Positions 19,926 through 30,400 of a stretch of 64,000 nucleotides of DNA are shown piece by piece. The notes under the pieces are model-generated. The model was given only the letters and a program-made list of their open reading frames with translations, searched no databases and was not told the DNA's origin. Source of the stretch: an uncultured Actinomycetes bacterium (GTDB taxonomy: Bacteria; Actinomycetota; Actinomycetes; Nanopelagicales; Nanopelagicaceae); contig CAIJKC010000049.1 of assembly GCA_903821145.1 (NCBI GenBank), forward strand, positions 23,472 to 87,471, in the 5' to 3' direction. Within the stretch, counting starts at the first letter, position 1, and every line of letters begins with the position of its first letter. Both the position numbers and the translations under genes were made by a program.

Positions 19926-20852
19926 ATGGCAACAGAGAGAGAGTTGCTCACCGCACTCTCAGCCATCTTTGCTCGGGTCAAGGATGAATCGGTCTTAGTG
20001 GGAATCGGCGATGACGCTGCAGTAATTAAAGCCTCACTCACCCCGATTGCTCTGGCAACAGATATGGCCGTGGAAGGCACACATTTCTCTCGGAACTGGT
20101 CATCACTCTATGAGATAGGCGCAAAGATCACCTCGGCAAACCTTGCCGATATCTTTGCCATTGGTGGGCGGCCTGAGTATCTCTTGGTCAGTGCAGCGCT
20201 ACCCAAGGCCATCAGCGTGGAAGATGTTGAAGAGCTAGCACTCGGAATTGCAGATGAGGCAGCATCGGTAGGGGCGATCGTCGTTGGCGGAGATCTCACC
20301 GTTTCAGAGAAGATCGTGATCTCCATTAGCGTCTTTGGTTCCGTGGGAAGACCGGTTTTACGAAGTGGTGCACAAGTTGGCGATGATCTCGTTCTCTCCA
20401 AGGTCACGGGGGAGTCTGCTGCTGGCTTAGAGCTACTGCGCCGAGGAATCCTTGATGCGCACTCCGCAGAACACCGCAACCCAACTGTTGATTACCAAGC
20501 AGCGCAGGCGATATCTGCAATCGCTCATTCGATGATTGATATCTCCGATGGCCTGATCTCTGAGCTCTCACACATCGCGCAAGCATCAGGGGTTGGCATC
20601 TCACTCGATAAGAACCTTATGCGATCAGCACCTGGCTTTGACAGCCTTGAGCGTTTATCCATCGAACATGGCGTTGATATCTGGCAATGGGTTCTGCATG
20701 GCGGGGAAGATCATGCATTCTTAGCAACTGTTCCAGCCGGTTCAGCTCTTCCACGTGGCTTCTTTACAATAGGAAGCGTTGTCGAGGGATCACGCGTTCA
20801 GGTAGATGGTTTTGTCGTAGAGCACGAAGGCTTCTCACACTTTACTTCCTAA
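19926..20852 (+). CDS. thiL: Thiamine-monophosphate kinase
   Basis: VGIGDDAAVI and AIR-synthase-like fold motifs; ATG 19926 preceded by AGGAGAGAGGTGG; the track start 19845 overlaps the divergent gene. Confidence 0.88.
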   Translation: MATERELLTALSAIFARVKDESVLVGIGDDAAVIKASLTPIALATDMAVEGTHFSRNWSSLYEIGAKITSANLADIFAIGGRPEYLLVSAALPKAISVEDVEELALGIADEAASVGAIVVGGDLTVSEKIVISISVFGSVGRPVLRSGAQVGDDLVLSKVTGESAAGLELLRRGILDAHSAEHRNPTVDYQAAQAISAIAHSMIDISDGLISELSHIAQASGVGISLDKNLMRSAPGFDSLERLSIEHGVDIWQWVLHGGEDHAFLATVPAGSALPRGFFTIGSVVEGSRVQVDGFVVEHEGFSHFTS

Positions 20853-21534
20853 AACTAGCAAGCACCTTCTGCATCTCACCTGGCTTATCACTCATCACAA
20901 CATCGGCTCCTGCACGGTAGGCGATTTCTAGATCGGCAGCATCATTGACCGTCCAGATAAAGAGTCGGCGTTCTCCTCGTGTGAGCAGTGGAGCAAGTCC
21001 GGGATCCTTGCGTAACAAGAAGATGCCAGGGCCCGTTGCACCACTACGAGTAAACCAACGTTGGTAGCGATGGGCGATGAGATAAACGCCTGCAAACCTC
21101 TCGCGCTGCACGCGTCGTATTGCCCACCATGAAAAGGACATAATCGCGATATCGATTTCACTTCTATCTATTGCACTGGCAAAGCGTCTAAGAGTTCTGA
21201 TCAGCTCACGCTCGACTGCGCCACGAGATGGGACAGGATGTTTAGTCTCCAGCGCGAGGTGCTTTCTATTTTCCAGCGCGATGGTTAAAAGTTCATCAAA
21301 GGTGAGGATCTCAGTGACTGCGCGAAGCTCTGCCAAGGTGGACTTCGCAACGACGAGTGAGGAACCTGCGATCCGCATCAAGTCATCATCGTGCCAGCAG
21401 ATGAGAACACCATCGCGCGTTAACCGAAGGTCGCATTCAAAACCATCTGCGCCTTGCTCGACGGCAGCCAGATAGGCGGCACGAGACATCTCGGGGTAAT
21501 CAGCAGATGCGCCACGGTGGGCATAAATCAACAT
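20842..21534 (-). CDS. Glycerophosphodiester phosphodiesterase (GDPD family)
   Basis: IYAHRGASADYPE and GFECDLRLTRDG catalytic motifs; 11-nt convergent overlap with thiL. Confidence 0.85.
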   Translation of the reverse strand: MLIYAHRGASADYPEMSRAAYLAAVEQGADGFECDLRLTRDGVLICWHDDDLMRIAGSSLVVAKSTLAELRAVTEILTFDELLTIALENRKHLALETKHPVPSRGAVERELIRTLRRFASAIDRSEIDIAIMSFSWWAIRRVQRERFAGVYLIAHRYQRWFTRSGATGPGIFLLRKDPGLAPLLTRGERRLFIWTVNDAADLEIAYRAGADVVMSDKPGEMQKVLASFRK

Positions 21535-21622
21535 GGGATCACGGCCGGTTCAGCACTGAATCAACGAGCACCATTGCCTAAGCATCCAAGAAAAAAGGTG
21601 CTACGGGAAGGAAGAAGAGCAG

Positions 21623-21808
21623 TTAGCGGGTTACTTTGCCGGCCTTGAGGCAGGAAGAGCAGACGTTCTGACGCTTGGTATGTCCGCCTACGAGGGTACG
21701 GATACGCTGAATATTTGGATTCCAGCGGCGACGAGTCTTGCGCATGGAGTGCGAGACATTGTTGCCAAAGCTGGGGCCTTTGCCGCAGATATCGCAGTTT
21801 GATGCCAC
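21623..21808 (-). CDS. rpmB: 50S ribosomal protein L28 (Zn-ribbon, C+ form)
   Basis: [34 protein letters not shown]; GTG 21808 has GAAGGAG 6 nt upstream (track TTG start lies inside that RBS); CDIC...CSSC cysteine pairs. Confidence 0.93.
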   Translation of the reverse strand: MASNCDICGKGPSFGNNVSHSMRKTRRRWNPNIQRIRTLVGGHTKRQNVCSSCLKAGKVTR

Positions 21809-21950
21809 GGTGAACTCCTTCAAAAGTAAGTCATGGGTTCAAGACCCAGATCGAGAGGGGAAGATTACCGCCTCCACGTTCATTTAGGCGAATCGGCTCC
21901 TGTGCCAGCAATACCCGCCCAGAGCGCCCCAAGCAGGAGAGAATAACGCC

Positions 21951-24170
21951 ATGAGCACCTCCTCCCTCCAGACTCCGCTCAAGGCGGTATTGGGGGATCG
22001 AACAGCCAAGGTCCTGGAGAAGGGGCTAGGGCTACTGAGTGTTGGAGATTTACTCCGCCATTACCCACGCAGATATGTAGAGCGGGGCGAACTCACAGAT
22101 ATTAATGAGTTGCTCGAAGGGGAGGAGGCGACGATCCTCGCCGAGATCTCCAAGGTCTCACTTCGTAGGGCCTCAGGTCGAACGATTCTTGAAGTCATCC
22201 TCAGTGATGGCAGCGCAACGATGGCACTCACCTTCTTTAACCAGCCATGGCGAGAGAAGGAGCTACGGGTCGGAAGGACGGGGCTCTTTGCAGGCAAGGT
22301 TGGGCTTTTCAACAATCGACGTCAACTCTCACATCCAGATTACGAATTGATCCCTGATGGCGATGATGTCGATAACGCGATTGCAAACTTTGCTGGCAGA
22401 TTTATTCCAGTTTACCCAGCCATATCAAAGTTGCCATCGTGGAAGATCGCAAAGTGTGTGGAGATTGCCATCGACTCCCTGGATGAAATTCCAGATTTTC
22501 TCCCAGCGAAGATTCGCACTGAGAAGAATTACCCAACCCTTGATCAGGCCTACCGATCCATTCATATTCCGCAGAGTAGAGAAGATGCCGATCTCGCACG
22601 CGAGCGTTTGACCTTTGATGAGGCTCTCCTCCTTCAGCTTGTGCTGGCAAAGCGAAGGGTTGATCTTCGTGCGCTCGCTTCCACACCACGTCGTGTGAAG
22701 AGTGGCGGATTACTGGATCTCTTTGAAGCACGCTTACCGTGGAGTTATACCGATGGGCAGCGCGCTGTCATGGCGGAGATCGATGAAGATTTGGCTCGCG
22801 AATATCCTATGCATCGTTTACTACAAGGAGAAGTTGGTTCAGGAAAGACTGTTGTTGCCTTACGCGCAGCCCTTACAGTCGTTGAAAACGGCGGACAGGC
22901 AGCCTTTCTCGCTCCCACTGAAGTTTTGGCCCAGCAACATTATGTAACGATACGCAAACTCCTTGGCGACCTCTCAAGTAAAGGGACTCTTGGTGGAAGT
23001 AGTGAAGGTACGGACCTCGCTCTTCTTACTGGCTCTATGAGCGCTGCAAATAGGCGAGATGCACTGGCGCGGATCGCTTCCGGTGATGCTGGTATTGTCA
23101 TCGGCACTCATGCTCTCTTAAGTGCTGGTGTGGACTTTGCTGACTTAGGCCTGGTCATTGTTGATGAACAACATCGATTTGGAGTGGAGCAGCGCGATGC
23201 CCTGCGCAATAAAGCGAGTAAGCCCCCTCATCTCTTAGTCATGACCGCCACACCAATTCCCAGAACTGTCGCGATGACCATCTTTGGTGACCTTGATATC
23301 TCAACTCTTCGCACCCTTCCGCAAGGGCGTTCCCCTATTCAAACTTTTCTCATCCCAACGCTAGAAAAACCTCACTACCTAGAGCGCGCTTGGAGTCGAA
23401 TAACAGAGGAGGTAGCGAAAGGCCATCAGGCATATGTGGTGGCACCAAGAATCTCTGAGAAGTTTGCTGAAGAAGGCCTAGAGGCCCTCAGTGACTTTGA
23501 TAAGCAATTAGCGAAGGAATTAGAGGAGTTAGGCGAAAAAGGTGAAACACCTAAGGCTCCTATGGTTGCGGTAGAGGAACTTGCACCACGACTTGCACTT
23601 GGCCCTCTCAAAGGATTGAAAGTCGCCATCTTGCATGGCAGACAGAGCTCTGATGAGAAGGAGGCGACCATGACTGCATTTAATGCTGGTGAGATTGATG
23701 TTCTGGTGGCAACAACGGTCATTGAAGTCGGTGTGGATGTTCCAAATGCATCGACTATGGTCATCATGGATGCAGATCGATTTGGTGTCTCCCAACTCCA
23801 TCAGCTTCGAGGACGCGTTGGCCGGGGATCGGTCGCTGGACTCTGTCTGCTCGTCACCAATGCAGGACCTGAGACACCAGCGATGGCCAGACTGGAGGCT
23901 GTTGCCAGCACCCTTGATGGCTTTGAACTTGCCCGTATTGATCTTGAACAACGCTCTGAAGGTGACGTTCTTGGCAGCGCTCAATCTGGAACTCGTTCGC
24001 ACCTGCGCCTTTTGAAAGTTTTGCGAGACGAGGATCTGATCGAGAGCGCCCGCGCTATCGCGACCTCACTTGTCGATGATGATCCAGAGTTAAAAAATGC
24101 GCCACACTTAGCCTCTGAAGTCGCAGCGCTCATGGTCGATGAGAGTGCTGCTTTCGTCGATAAGGGTTGA
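21951..24170 (+). CDS. recG: ATP-dependent DNA helicase RecG
   Basis: OB wedge N-terminus, GSGKTVVA Walker A, DEQHRFG, QLRGRVGRG motif VI. Confidence 0.95.
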   Translation: MSTSSLQTPLKAVLGDRTAKVLEKGLGLLSVGDLLRHYPRRYVERGELTDINELLEGEEATILAEISKVSLRRASGRTILEVILSDGSATMALTFFNQPWREKELRVGRTGLFAGKVGLFNNRRQLSHPDYELIPDGDDVDNAIANFAGRFIPVYPAISKLPSWKIAKCVEIAIDSLDEIPDFLPAKIRTEKNYPTLDQAYRSIHIPQSREDADLARERLTFDEALLLQLVLAKRRVDLRALASTPRRVKSGGLLDLFEARLPWSYTDGQRAVMAEIDEDLAREYPMHRLLQGEVGSGKTVVALRAALTVVENGGQAAFLAPTEVLAQQHYVTIRKLLGDLSSKGTLGGSSEGTDLALLTGSMSAANRRDALARIASGDAGIVIGTHALLSAGVDFADLGLVIVDEQHRFGVEQRDALRNKASKPPHLLVMTATPIPRTVAMTIFGDLDISTLRTLPQGRSPIQTFLIPTLEKPHYLERAWSRITEEVAKGHQAYVVAPRISEKFAEEGLEALSDFDKQLAKELEELGEKGETPKAPMVAVEELAPRLALGPLKGLKVAILHGRQSSDEKEATMTAFNAGEIDVLVATTVIEVGVDVPNASTMVIMDADRFGVSQLHQLRGRVGRGSVAGLCLLVTNAGPETPAMARLEAVASTLDGFELARIDLEQRSEGDVLGSAQSGTRSHLRLLKVLRDEDLIESARAIATSLVDDDPELKNAPHLASEVAALMVDESAAFVDKG

Positions 24171-24190
24171 TGGGCAGGGGATAGGGATAC

Positions 24191-24769
24191 ATGAGAATTA
24201 TTGCAGGCAGTGGCAAGGGCAAAAATCTCACATCACCCAGTGGTGATGGGGTGCGACCAACATCAGACCGCGCACGAGAGGGTCTCTTCTCATCCCTTGA
24301 ATCAGAGTTCACATCGATGGCGGATCTAAACTTCCTTGACCTTTTTGCAGGAAGCGGCGCAGTTGGAGTCGAAGCACTTTCACGAGGCGCAGCACTTGTT
24401 CACGCTGTTGAAATGGATGCAGAGACCGTGGATATTGCCATCAGCAACTTTAAATTACTGGATGAGCCATCTCGTAAACATAAAGTCTTTCATTCACGCG
24501 CGGCGAGGTTTCTTGAATCAGATTTCCCCGTCAAATATGACATCATCTTTATGGACCCACCCTATGAAATCTCCAATGAGGATGTCGAAGATCTTCTCGA
24601 CACGATCGTTGTGAAGGATCTCTTGCAGCCACGTGGGCTGATCGCAATCGAGCGCCGATCAAAAGGTAAGGAATTTACCTGGCCTGCTGGTATGCGCCTT
24701 GAGAAGCAACGCTCATATGGTCAGGGGAGTATCTACTACGGGGGCTATTCTGCTACCGTTTCTGAATGA
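24191..24769 (+). CDS. rsmD: 16S rRNA (guanine966-N2)-methyltransferase RsmD
   Basis: MRIIAG..G..L..P....RPTSDRAREGLFS N-terminus, DLFAGSG SAM motif, DPPY. Confidence 0.88.
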   Translation: MRIIAGSGKGKNLTSPSGDGVRPTSDRAREGLFSSLESEFTSMADLNFLDLFAGSGAVGVEALSRGAALVHAVEMDAETVDIAISNFKLLDEPSRKHKVFHSRAARFLESDFPVKYDIIFMDPPYEISNEDVEDLLDTIVVKDLLQPRGLIAIERRSKGKEFTWPAGMRLEKQRSYGQGSIYYGGYSATVSE

Positions 24770-25245
24770 AACGCGTCGTCTGCCCTGGATCATTTGATCC
24801 CATCACCTTTGGGCATCTAGATATCATCAAGCGCGCAAGCGCGCTCTTTGATGAAGTCATCATTGCCGTTCTAGTTAACACGACAAAGAAGACGCTCTTC
24901 ACAGTTGACGAACGCTTAGAGATGATTGCTGAAGTGACGAGCCAATATCCCAATGTTCGCGTGGACTCCTGGAGTGGATTGCTCGTTGATTACTGTGAGA
25001 CTCATGATGTGAAGGCAATCGTCAAAGGATTACGCGCTGTCACTGACTTTGATTATGAACTTCAGATGTCCCAGATCAACCTTCAACTTAAGGGGATAGA
25101 GACGCTCTTCATGGCAACCGCGCCAGCTCACTCCTTCCTCTCATCCTCCTTGGTCAAGGAGATTGCAACATTTGGCGGAGATGTCTCCGCTTACCTGCCC
25201 GCATCGATTATTACCAGAGTTACAGAGCGTTTGGGTTCACGCTAA
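24766..25245 (+). CDS. coaD: Phosphopantetheine adenylyltransferase
   Basis: CPGSFDPITFGHLDII (T/HxGH) motif; ATGA overlap with rsmD. Confidence 0.95.
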   Translation: MKRVVCPGSFDPITFGHLDIIKRASALFDEVIIAVLVNTTKKTLFTVDERLEMIAEVTSQYPNVRVDSWSGLLVDYCETHDVKAIVKGLRAVTDFDYELQMSQINLQLKGIETLFMATAPAHSFLSSSLVKEIATFGGDVSAYLPASIITRVTERLGSR

Positions 25246-25280
25246 ACTTCCATCGTTGAGTAGTAGAGAGGAAGCATCAC

Positions 25281-25775
25281 TTGGATTCACAAGAAGTCAT
25301 GACGGTCGTTGAGCGCATCCAGAGCGCCATCACCACTGTCGAAGATGCACGTGGTGTTCCACTTTCTGCTAGTTGCGTCGTTCACCGCGGTGAACTTCTC
25401 GAAGTGCTCGATCAGGCTCGTGCTGCCTTCCCAACCGATTTAGCCCATGCTCAAGAAATCATCTCTACCCGGGAAAGCATTTTAGAAGAGGCTCGGCTTA
25501 CTGCTGATCAACTGATCGTTCATGCTCGCGAAGAAGTTGCTGAGATGGTTGAACAGACAGAGATCGTAGCTGCGGCTCGCCTTGAAGCGCGTCGAATTCT
25601 TGATGAAGTAGAGGATGAGGCTCGCAAAGAGCGCGAAGAGATCGAGGCCTATATCGACTCTCGCCTTGCCACGCTAGAGGTGATCCTCAATAAGACTCTC
25701 GATGTTGTCCAGCGAGGTCGCGAGAAACTTCAAGGAGCGCAGGAAAAAGATGCACTCTCAGAACTTGCTGATTAA
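25281..25775 (+). CDS. Conserved coiled-coil protein of unknown function (actinobacterial coaD-yceD neighbour)
   Basis: 164-aa Glu/Arg/Ala-rich helical ORF in the conserved coaD/yceD slot; TTG start 7 nt after AGAGGAAG; function not assignable from sequence. Confidence 0.65.
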   Translation: MDSQEVMTVVERIQSAITTVEDARGVPLSASCVVHRGELLEVLDQARAAFPTDLAHAQEIISTRESILEEARLTADQLIVHAREEVAEMVEQTEIVAAARLEARRILDEVEDEARKEREEIEAYIDSRLATLEVILNKTLDVVQRGREKLQGAQEKDALSELAD

Positions 25776-25780
25776 CAGCG

Positions 25781-26386
25781 ATGAGTTCAACTAAAGAGAG
25801 CCCATTCCTATTTAGCTGCCATGACTTGCCGCGCAGAGCTGGCGAGATGCGCGAATATGAATTAACTATTACTGAGCATGAACCCTTGGGTATCCCATTC
25901 TTTGCGATTCCAGATGGGGAAGCCATCGAGATCGATCTGAGAGTTGCCGCCGTCTCTGAAGGAATTTTGGCCAGCGCGGCTGTTCGAGCAACCGCAATCG
26001 GTGAGTGCACTCGCTGCCTTGATCGAATCGAGTTAGAACTGGATGAACAGTTTCACGAACTCTATATTTATGAGAGCGATCCACGTGCCAAGAAGGGCAA
26101 GCATCGGCAAGAGAAGGAGATCATCGTCGAGGATGAAGACGAGGTCCTGATGGTCGAGGAAGATCGCATTGACCTGGAGCCGCCGATCCGCGATGCGCTG
26201 ATTTTGAATCTGCCAGTCAACCCACTCTGTAGTGAGGATTGCCTCGGGCTCTGCTCCACCTGCGGGGTGAAGTGGGCGGACCTTCCACAGGACCATGCCC
26301 ACGAGCAGATCGATATCCGCTGGGCCGGGCTTGAGAAACTCAAGGGACTCACCGATCTGGACGATTCAGGCACCCCACAGCCGTAA
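25781..26386 (+). CDS. yceD: YceD/DUF177 family protein (23S rRNA accumulation protein)
   Basis: CTRCL ... CSEDCLGLCSTCG cysteine pairs; conserved position upstream of rpmF. Confidence 0.85.
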   Translation: MSSTKESPFLFSCHDLPRRAGEMREYELTITEHEPLGIPFFAIPDGEAIEIDLRVAAVSEGILASAAVRATAIGECTRCLDRIELELDEQFHELYIYESDPRAKKGKHRQEKEIIVEDEDEVLMVEEDRIDLEPPIRDALILNLPVNPLCSEDCLGLCSTCGVKWADLPQDHAHEQIDIRWAGLEKLKGLTDLDDSGTPQP

Positions 26387-26514
26387 CCTGCGGATTCTGG
26401 AGGCAAACAGGCGTAGCTGGGCCCGGTTTGTATCTCTCCCCATTTTCAGCGATACTTCTGCCTTGATTTGCTTGAGTTTCACCTAGCTTGAGTTTTACTT
26501 AGAAGGAGTCGGCC

Positions 26515-26688
26515 ATGCCAGTACCAAAGCGAAAGATGTCGCGTTCACGGACGCGTACCCGTCGTAGCTCATGGAAGACAACTCCTGCAGCGGTAGCAAC
26601 ATGTGCTCAGTGCCAGTCACCAAAGCTCCAGCACACTGCTTGCCCAACCTGCGGTACGTATAACCGTCGTCAGGTACTCGAGGTCTGA
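26515..26688 (+). CDS. rpmF: 50S ribosomal protein L32 (Zn-ribbon form); not in ORF track (57 aa)
   Basis: My translation: MPVPKRKMSRSRTRTRRSSWKTTPAAVATCAQCQSPKLQHTACPTCGTYNRRQVLEV; GAAGGAG 6 nt upstream of the ATG. Confidence 0.92.
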   Translation: MPVPKRKMSRSRTRTRRSSWKTTPAAVATCAQCQSPKLQHTACPTCGTYNRRQVLEV

Positions 26689-27370
26689 TCTGTACTCGCG
26701 CCTAACCGAAGTACTCGGAATATCGGTTAAGGATGAGTTGCTTCAATTAGCTCTAACTCACCGTTCGTTCTCCTATGAGAATGGTGGAGTCCCAACAAAT
26801 GAACGCCTGGAATTCTTGGGCGACTCTGTTCTTGGATTACTTATTACACAAGCGCTCTTTGAGCGTTATCCAGCCCTTGATGAGAGCAAATTATCGCCTC
26901 TGCGATCAAGTGTGGTCAGCACCCGAGCGCTAGCAACGATTGCTCGTGATTTAGAACTAGGCCAATATCTTCGCATCGGAAAAGGCGAAGAGTCGACCGG
27001 TGGACGCGATAAGAACTCACTCCTCGCTGATTCGCTGGAAGCGCTCGTGGGCGCGATCTATATTGAACATGGTTACCTTGCGACAGCAGAGACAGTCCTT
27101 CGTTGGTGCGAGAGCGCCCTTGAGGCAGCGACAGCTGATGGTGCAACCCTGGATGCTAAGACTGCCCTGCAAGAGCTCGCAGCAGCACGTGGCTTAACTC
27201 CTCCAGAATATGATGTGACGCAATCTGGACCAGATCACGATAAGAGTTTCACTGCATCAGCAATTCTCTCTGGTGAAAGATTTGCACCAGGTGATGGCAA
27301 GAGCAAGAGAGAGGCTGAACAAGTCGCTGCAAAGTTAGCATTTGAGAGCCTTTCTGCACGTAGCCTCTAA
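26603..27370 (+). CDS. rnc: Ribonuclease III (start uncertain)
   Basis: LALTHRSF, ERLEFLGDSVLGL signature, C-terminal dsRBD (KTALQELA...GDGKSKREAEQVAA); the only strong in-frame start is GTG 26603, 86 nt inside rpmF; CTG 26691 is the alternative. Confidence 0.85.
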   Translation: MLSASHQSSSTLLAQPAVRITVVRYSRSDLYSRLTEVLGISVKDELLQLALTHRSFSYENGGVPTNERLEFLGDSVLGLLITQALFERYPALDESKLSPLRSSVVSTRALATIARDLELGQYLRIGKGEESTGGRDKNSLLADSLEALVGAIYIEHGYLATAETVLRWCESALEAATADGATLDAKTALQELAAARGLTPPEYDVTQSGPDHDKSFTASAILSGERFAPGDGKSKREAEQVAAKLAFESLSARSL

Positions 27371-27447
27371 TCATTGAAGAACCCTCAACCTGTCCTTGAG
27401 GCGCGCCATTTTTAGGATCGCTCCACACTTACCGATAGGTTTTCCCC

Positions 27448-30400
27448 GTGTATTTGAAGAGCATCACACTCAAGGGATTTAAATCCTTCGCCTCTTCAAC
27501 GACCCTCAATTTTGAACCAGGTATAACCTGCGTCGTCGGCCCTAATGGTTCGGGTAAATCAAATGTGCTCGATGGCCTCTCGTGGGTAATGGGTGAGCAA
27601 GGCGCTAAATCTCTGCGTGGCGGGAAGATGGAAGATGTCATCTTTGCGGGCACATCCGGCCGTGCCCCACTTGGTCGCGCTGAAGTCTCCGTCACGATCG
27701 ACAACACGGATCAAACCCTGCCTATTGATTTCACGGAAGTAACCATTAGTCGTGTGCTCTTTAGAAATGGCACCTCTGAGTACCTACTCAATGGTGAACA
27801 AACACGATTACTCGATATTCAAGAGTTGCTCAGTGACAGTGGAATTGGCCGAGAGATGCATGTCATCGTCGGACAAGGCCAACTCGATGCAATCTTGCTT
27901 GCAAACCCTGAAGAGCGACGTGCATTTATTGAAGAAGCAGCTGGTGTGCTCAAGCACCGCAAGCGCAAAGAGAAAGCGCTACGCAAACTCGATTCGATGC
28001 AGGGCAACCTCTCGCGTATTCAAGACCTTACCGTTGAACTTCGCCGCAACTTAAAGCCACTGGGTAAGCAAGCAGAAGTTGCACGTAAAGCGTCCACCAT
28101 TCAATCAGACCTGCGCGATTCACGGCTGCGTCTACTTGCAGATGATTTGATCGCAATTAAATCCACTCTTGATGCCGAGGTCGCCGATGAGACAGTTCTG
28201 CGCGCACGTCGTGATGAGGTTGAAGCTGAACTTCGCACCGTACGCCACCGTGAGGAAGAGCTCGATCAGATCAGCTCACGTGAGAATCCCATGCTCGTTC
28301 AAGCGCAAGAGACCTTCTATCGCCTGACAGCTCAGCGCGAGAAGTTCCGCGGAATTCAATCCTTAGCATCCGAACGTGCACGCTTCCTCTCCGAGGATGC
28401 TGATGAAGCTCGTTCAAGCGGTCGCGATCCGTTAGCGATGGAGGCGGAAGCCACCACTTTGCGCGGTGAAGAATCCACTCTGAAGATTGTTCTCTCGGAG
28501 GCCAATTCAGCCCTTGAGAAAATAACTCTTCACCTTCGCGAACTTGAATCAAAGCTCGCCCTTGAAGAAAATGGCGTCAGCGCAGCGTTGCGAGCTATTG
28601 CAGATCAACGCGAAGGCACGGCCCGCCAAGAGGGTCATATCAATGCCCTTCGTTCCCGTATTGATGCCACGAGCGCTGAGATCTCTCGCCTTACAGCTGT
28701 TCGTGATGAAGCAGCGGATCGCTTGAAGGGCTTCCGTGGCGACTTTGCAGCCCTTGAAGGTGATATCGCAAGCCTTGATGCAACTGAACCTGATCTGGAT
28801 CAACGGTATGAAGAGGCAAAGAAGATTCTGAACGATCTTCAAAGAAAATTTGGCAGCCTTCAGGAAGAGGAACAGAGTGCACAGCGCGAACGTTCTGGCC
28901 TTGCTGCGCGACTAGCTGCGCTTGAAGAGTCGCTCTCTCACCGTGATGGGGGAGAAGCAATCCTCTCCGGCCGAAGTGGGGCTCGCGTTAAAGGTCGCCT
29001 TGCATCATTGATCTCGATCTCACCTGGGTGGGAGGGCGCGGTCGCTGCCGCACTCGGTCCACTGGCCGACTCTATTGTTGTTGAAGATCTGGGATCTGCT
29101 GTCTCTGCATTAGGGATGTTGAAGGCAGAATCTGGTGGCCGTTCCGAACTCCTCGTAATCGAAGGAGAGAACAGCTCTGATTCACACTCCGTTCCTGCTG
29201 GCCTCACCAAGATTTCTTCACTCATCACAACTCAAGGTATTGATGCCCTGCTTGGCGCACTCCTTGCTCGCTTTGTTGCTGTGGAAACCCTCGCTGATGC
29301 AGAAGCGGCTATTCGCCTTGATCGCACACTCACAGCCGTAACTCGCGATGGCGACTTGGTCAGTAGAAGTCGCGTGTGGGGTGGTTCTGCTGGATCACAA
29401 AGTGCCATTGAGATCAACGCACTACTGGAGCGAACTCAGAGCGATTTGAATACGATCACCGCTCGATGTGAATCACTGACCTTTACTCTTGCCACTTTAA
29501 ACAACGAACTACAGAGCGCTCGCACCTCTCACGATCTCGCACTCGCTGGTCTCAATGACTCTGATGCAAAGATGGCCGGTCTTGCTGAGCAGATGGCTGT
29601 TGCCGGGCAGAATGTGAAGAGTGCACAGGCTGAAGTTGATCGTCTCTCGCAATCAGAGCGTGAAGCAACCCAAGAGCGCAGCAGTGACGAGCGGGACTTG
29701 GCTGCAGCGATCGCGCAATTTGAATCTCATGCAGAACCTGCAGAACCAGATCTCACTCACCTGGAAGACCTCCGATCTCAAGTCTCAGCGGCTCGTTCAG
29801 CTGAAGTGGAAGCACGTCTTGAACTTCGCACATTAGAAGGTCGCATTTCAGCACTTACTGCTAGGGCGCAAAGCTTGGAAGATTCTGCAATCTACGAGCG
29901 AGAGAGCGCCTCAAAGGCGATCCTTCGACGGGAGCAACGCGCAGGGGCAGCAGCGACGGCACAGACGATTGCCGATACGGCTTATGAAACCCTCATCCAA
30001 ATTGAAGTCTCCATTTCAAAGGCACTTGCTGAACGTCAGCGGTTAGAGCTTGCCCGCACCGAACGCGAAGGCGAGATGCTCGCTGTTCGAGGCCGTGGTC
30101 GCGAACTTGCTCTCGATGTCGAAACTCTCACTTCGAGTGTGCACCGCGATGAGATTGTTCGTGCGGAGCAACGCCTTCGCATTGAAGCACTCGAATCACG
30201 TGCGATGGAAGAACTTGGTGTTGATAGCGCGACCTTGATTACCGAATATGGCCCAGTCAATGATGTCCCAACCTTTATCGAGGATGAAGAAGGAAACTGG
30301 ATCCCAGGAGATCTCATTCCCTTCCGCCGCGATCAACAAGAGAAGCGACTTGCGCAAGCAGAGCGTGCTCTTGCCATGCTCGGCAAGATCAATCCGTTGG

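Noticed and set aside
21535-21622. Possible terminator downstream of rpmB (AGCACC ... GGTGCT)
   Set aside because: The arms are only 6 bp and separated by a 24-nt loop, so this is not a convincing intrinsic terminator.
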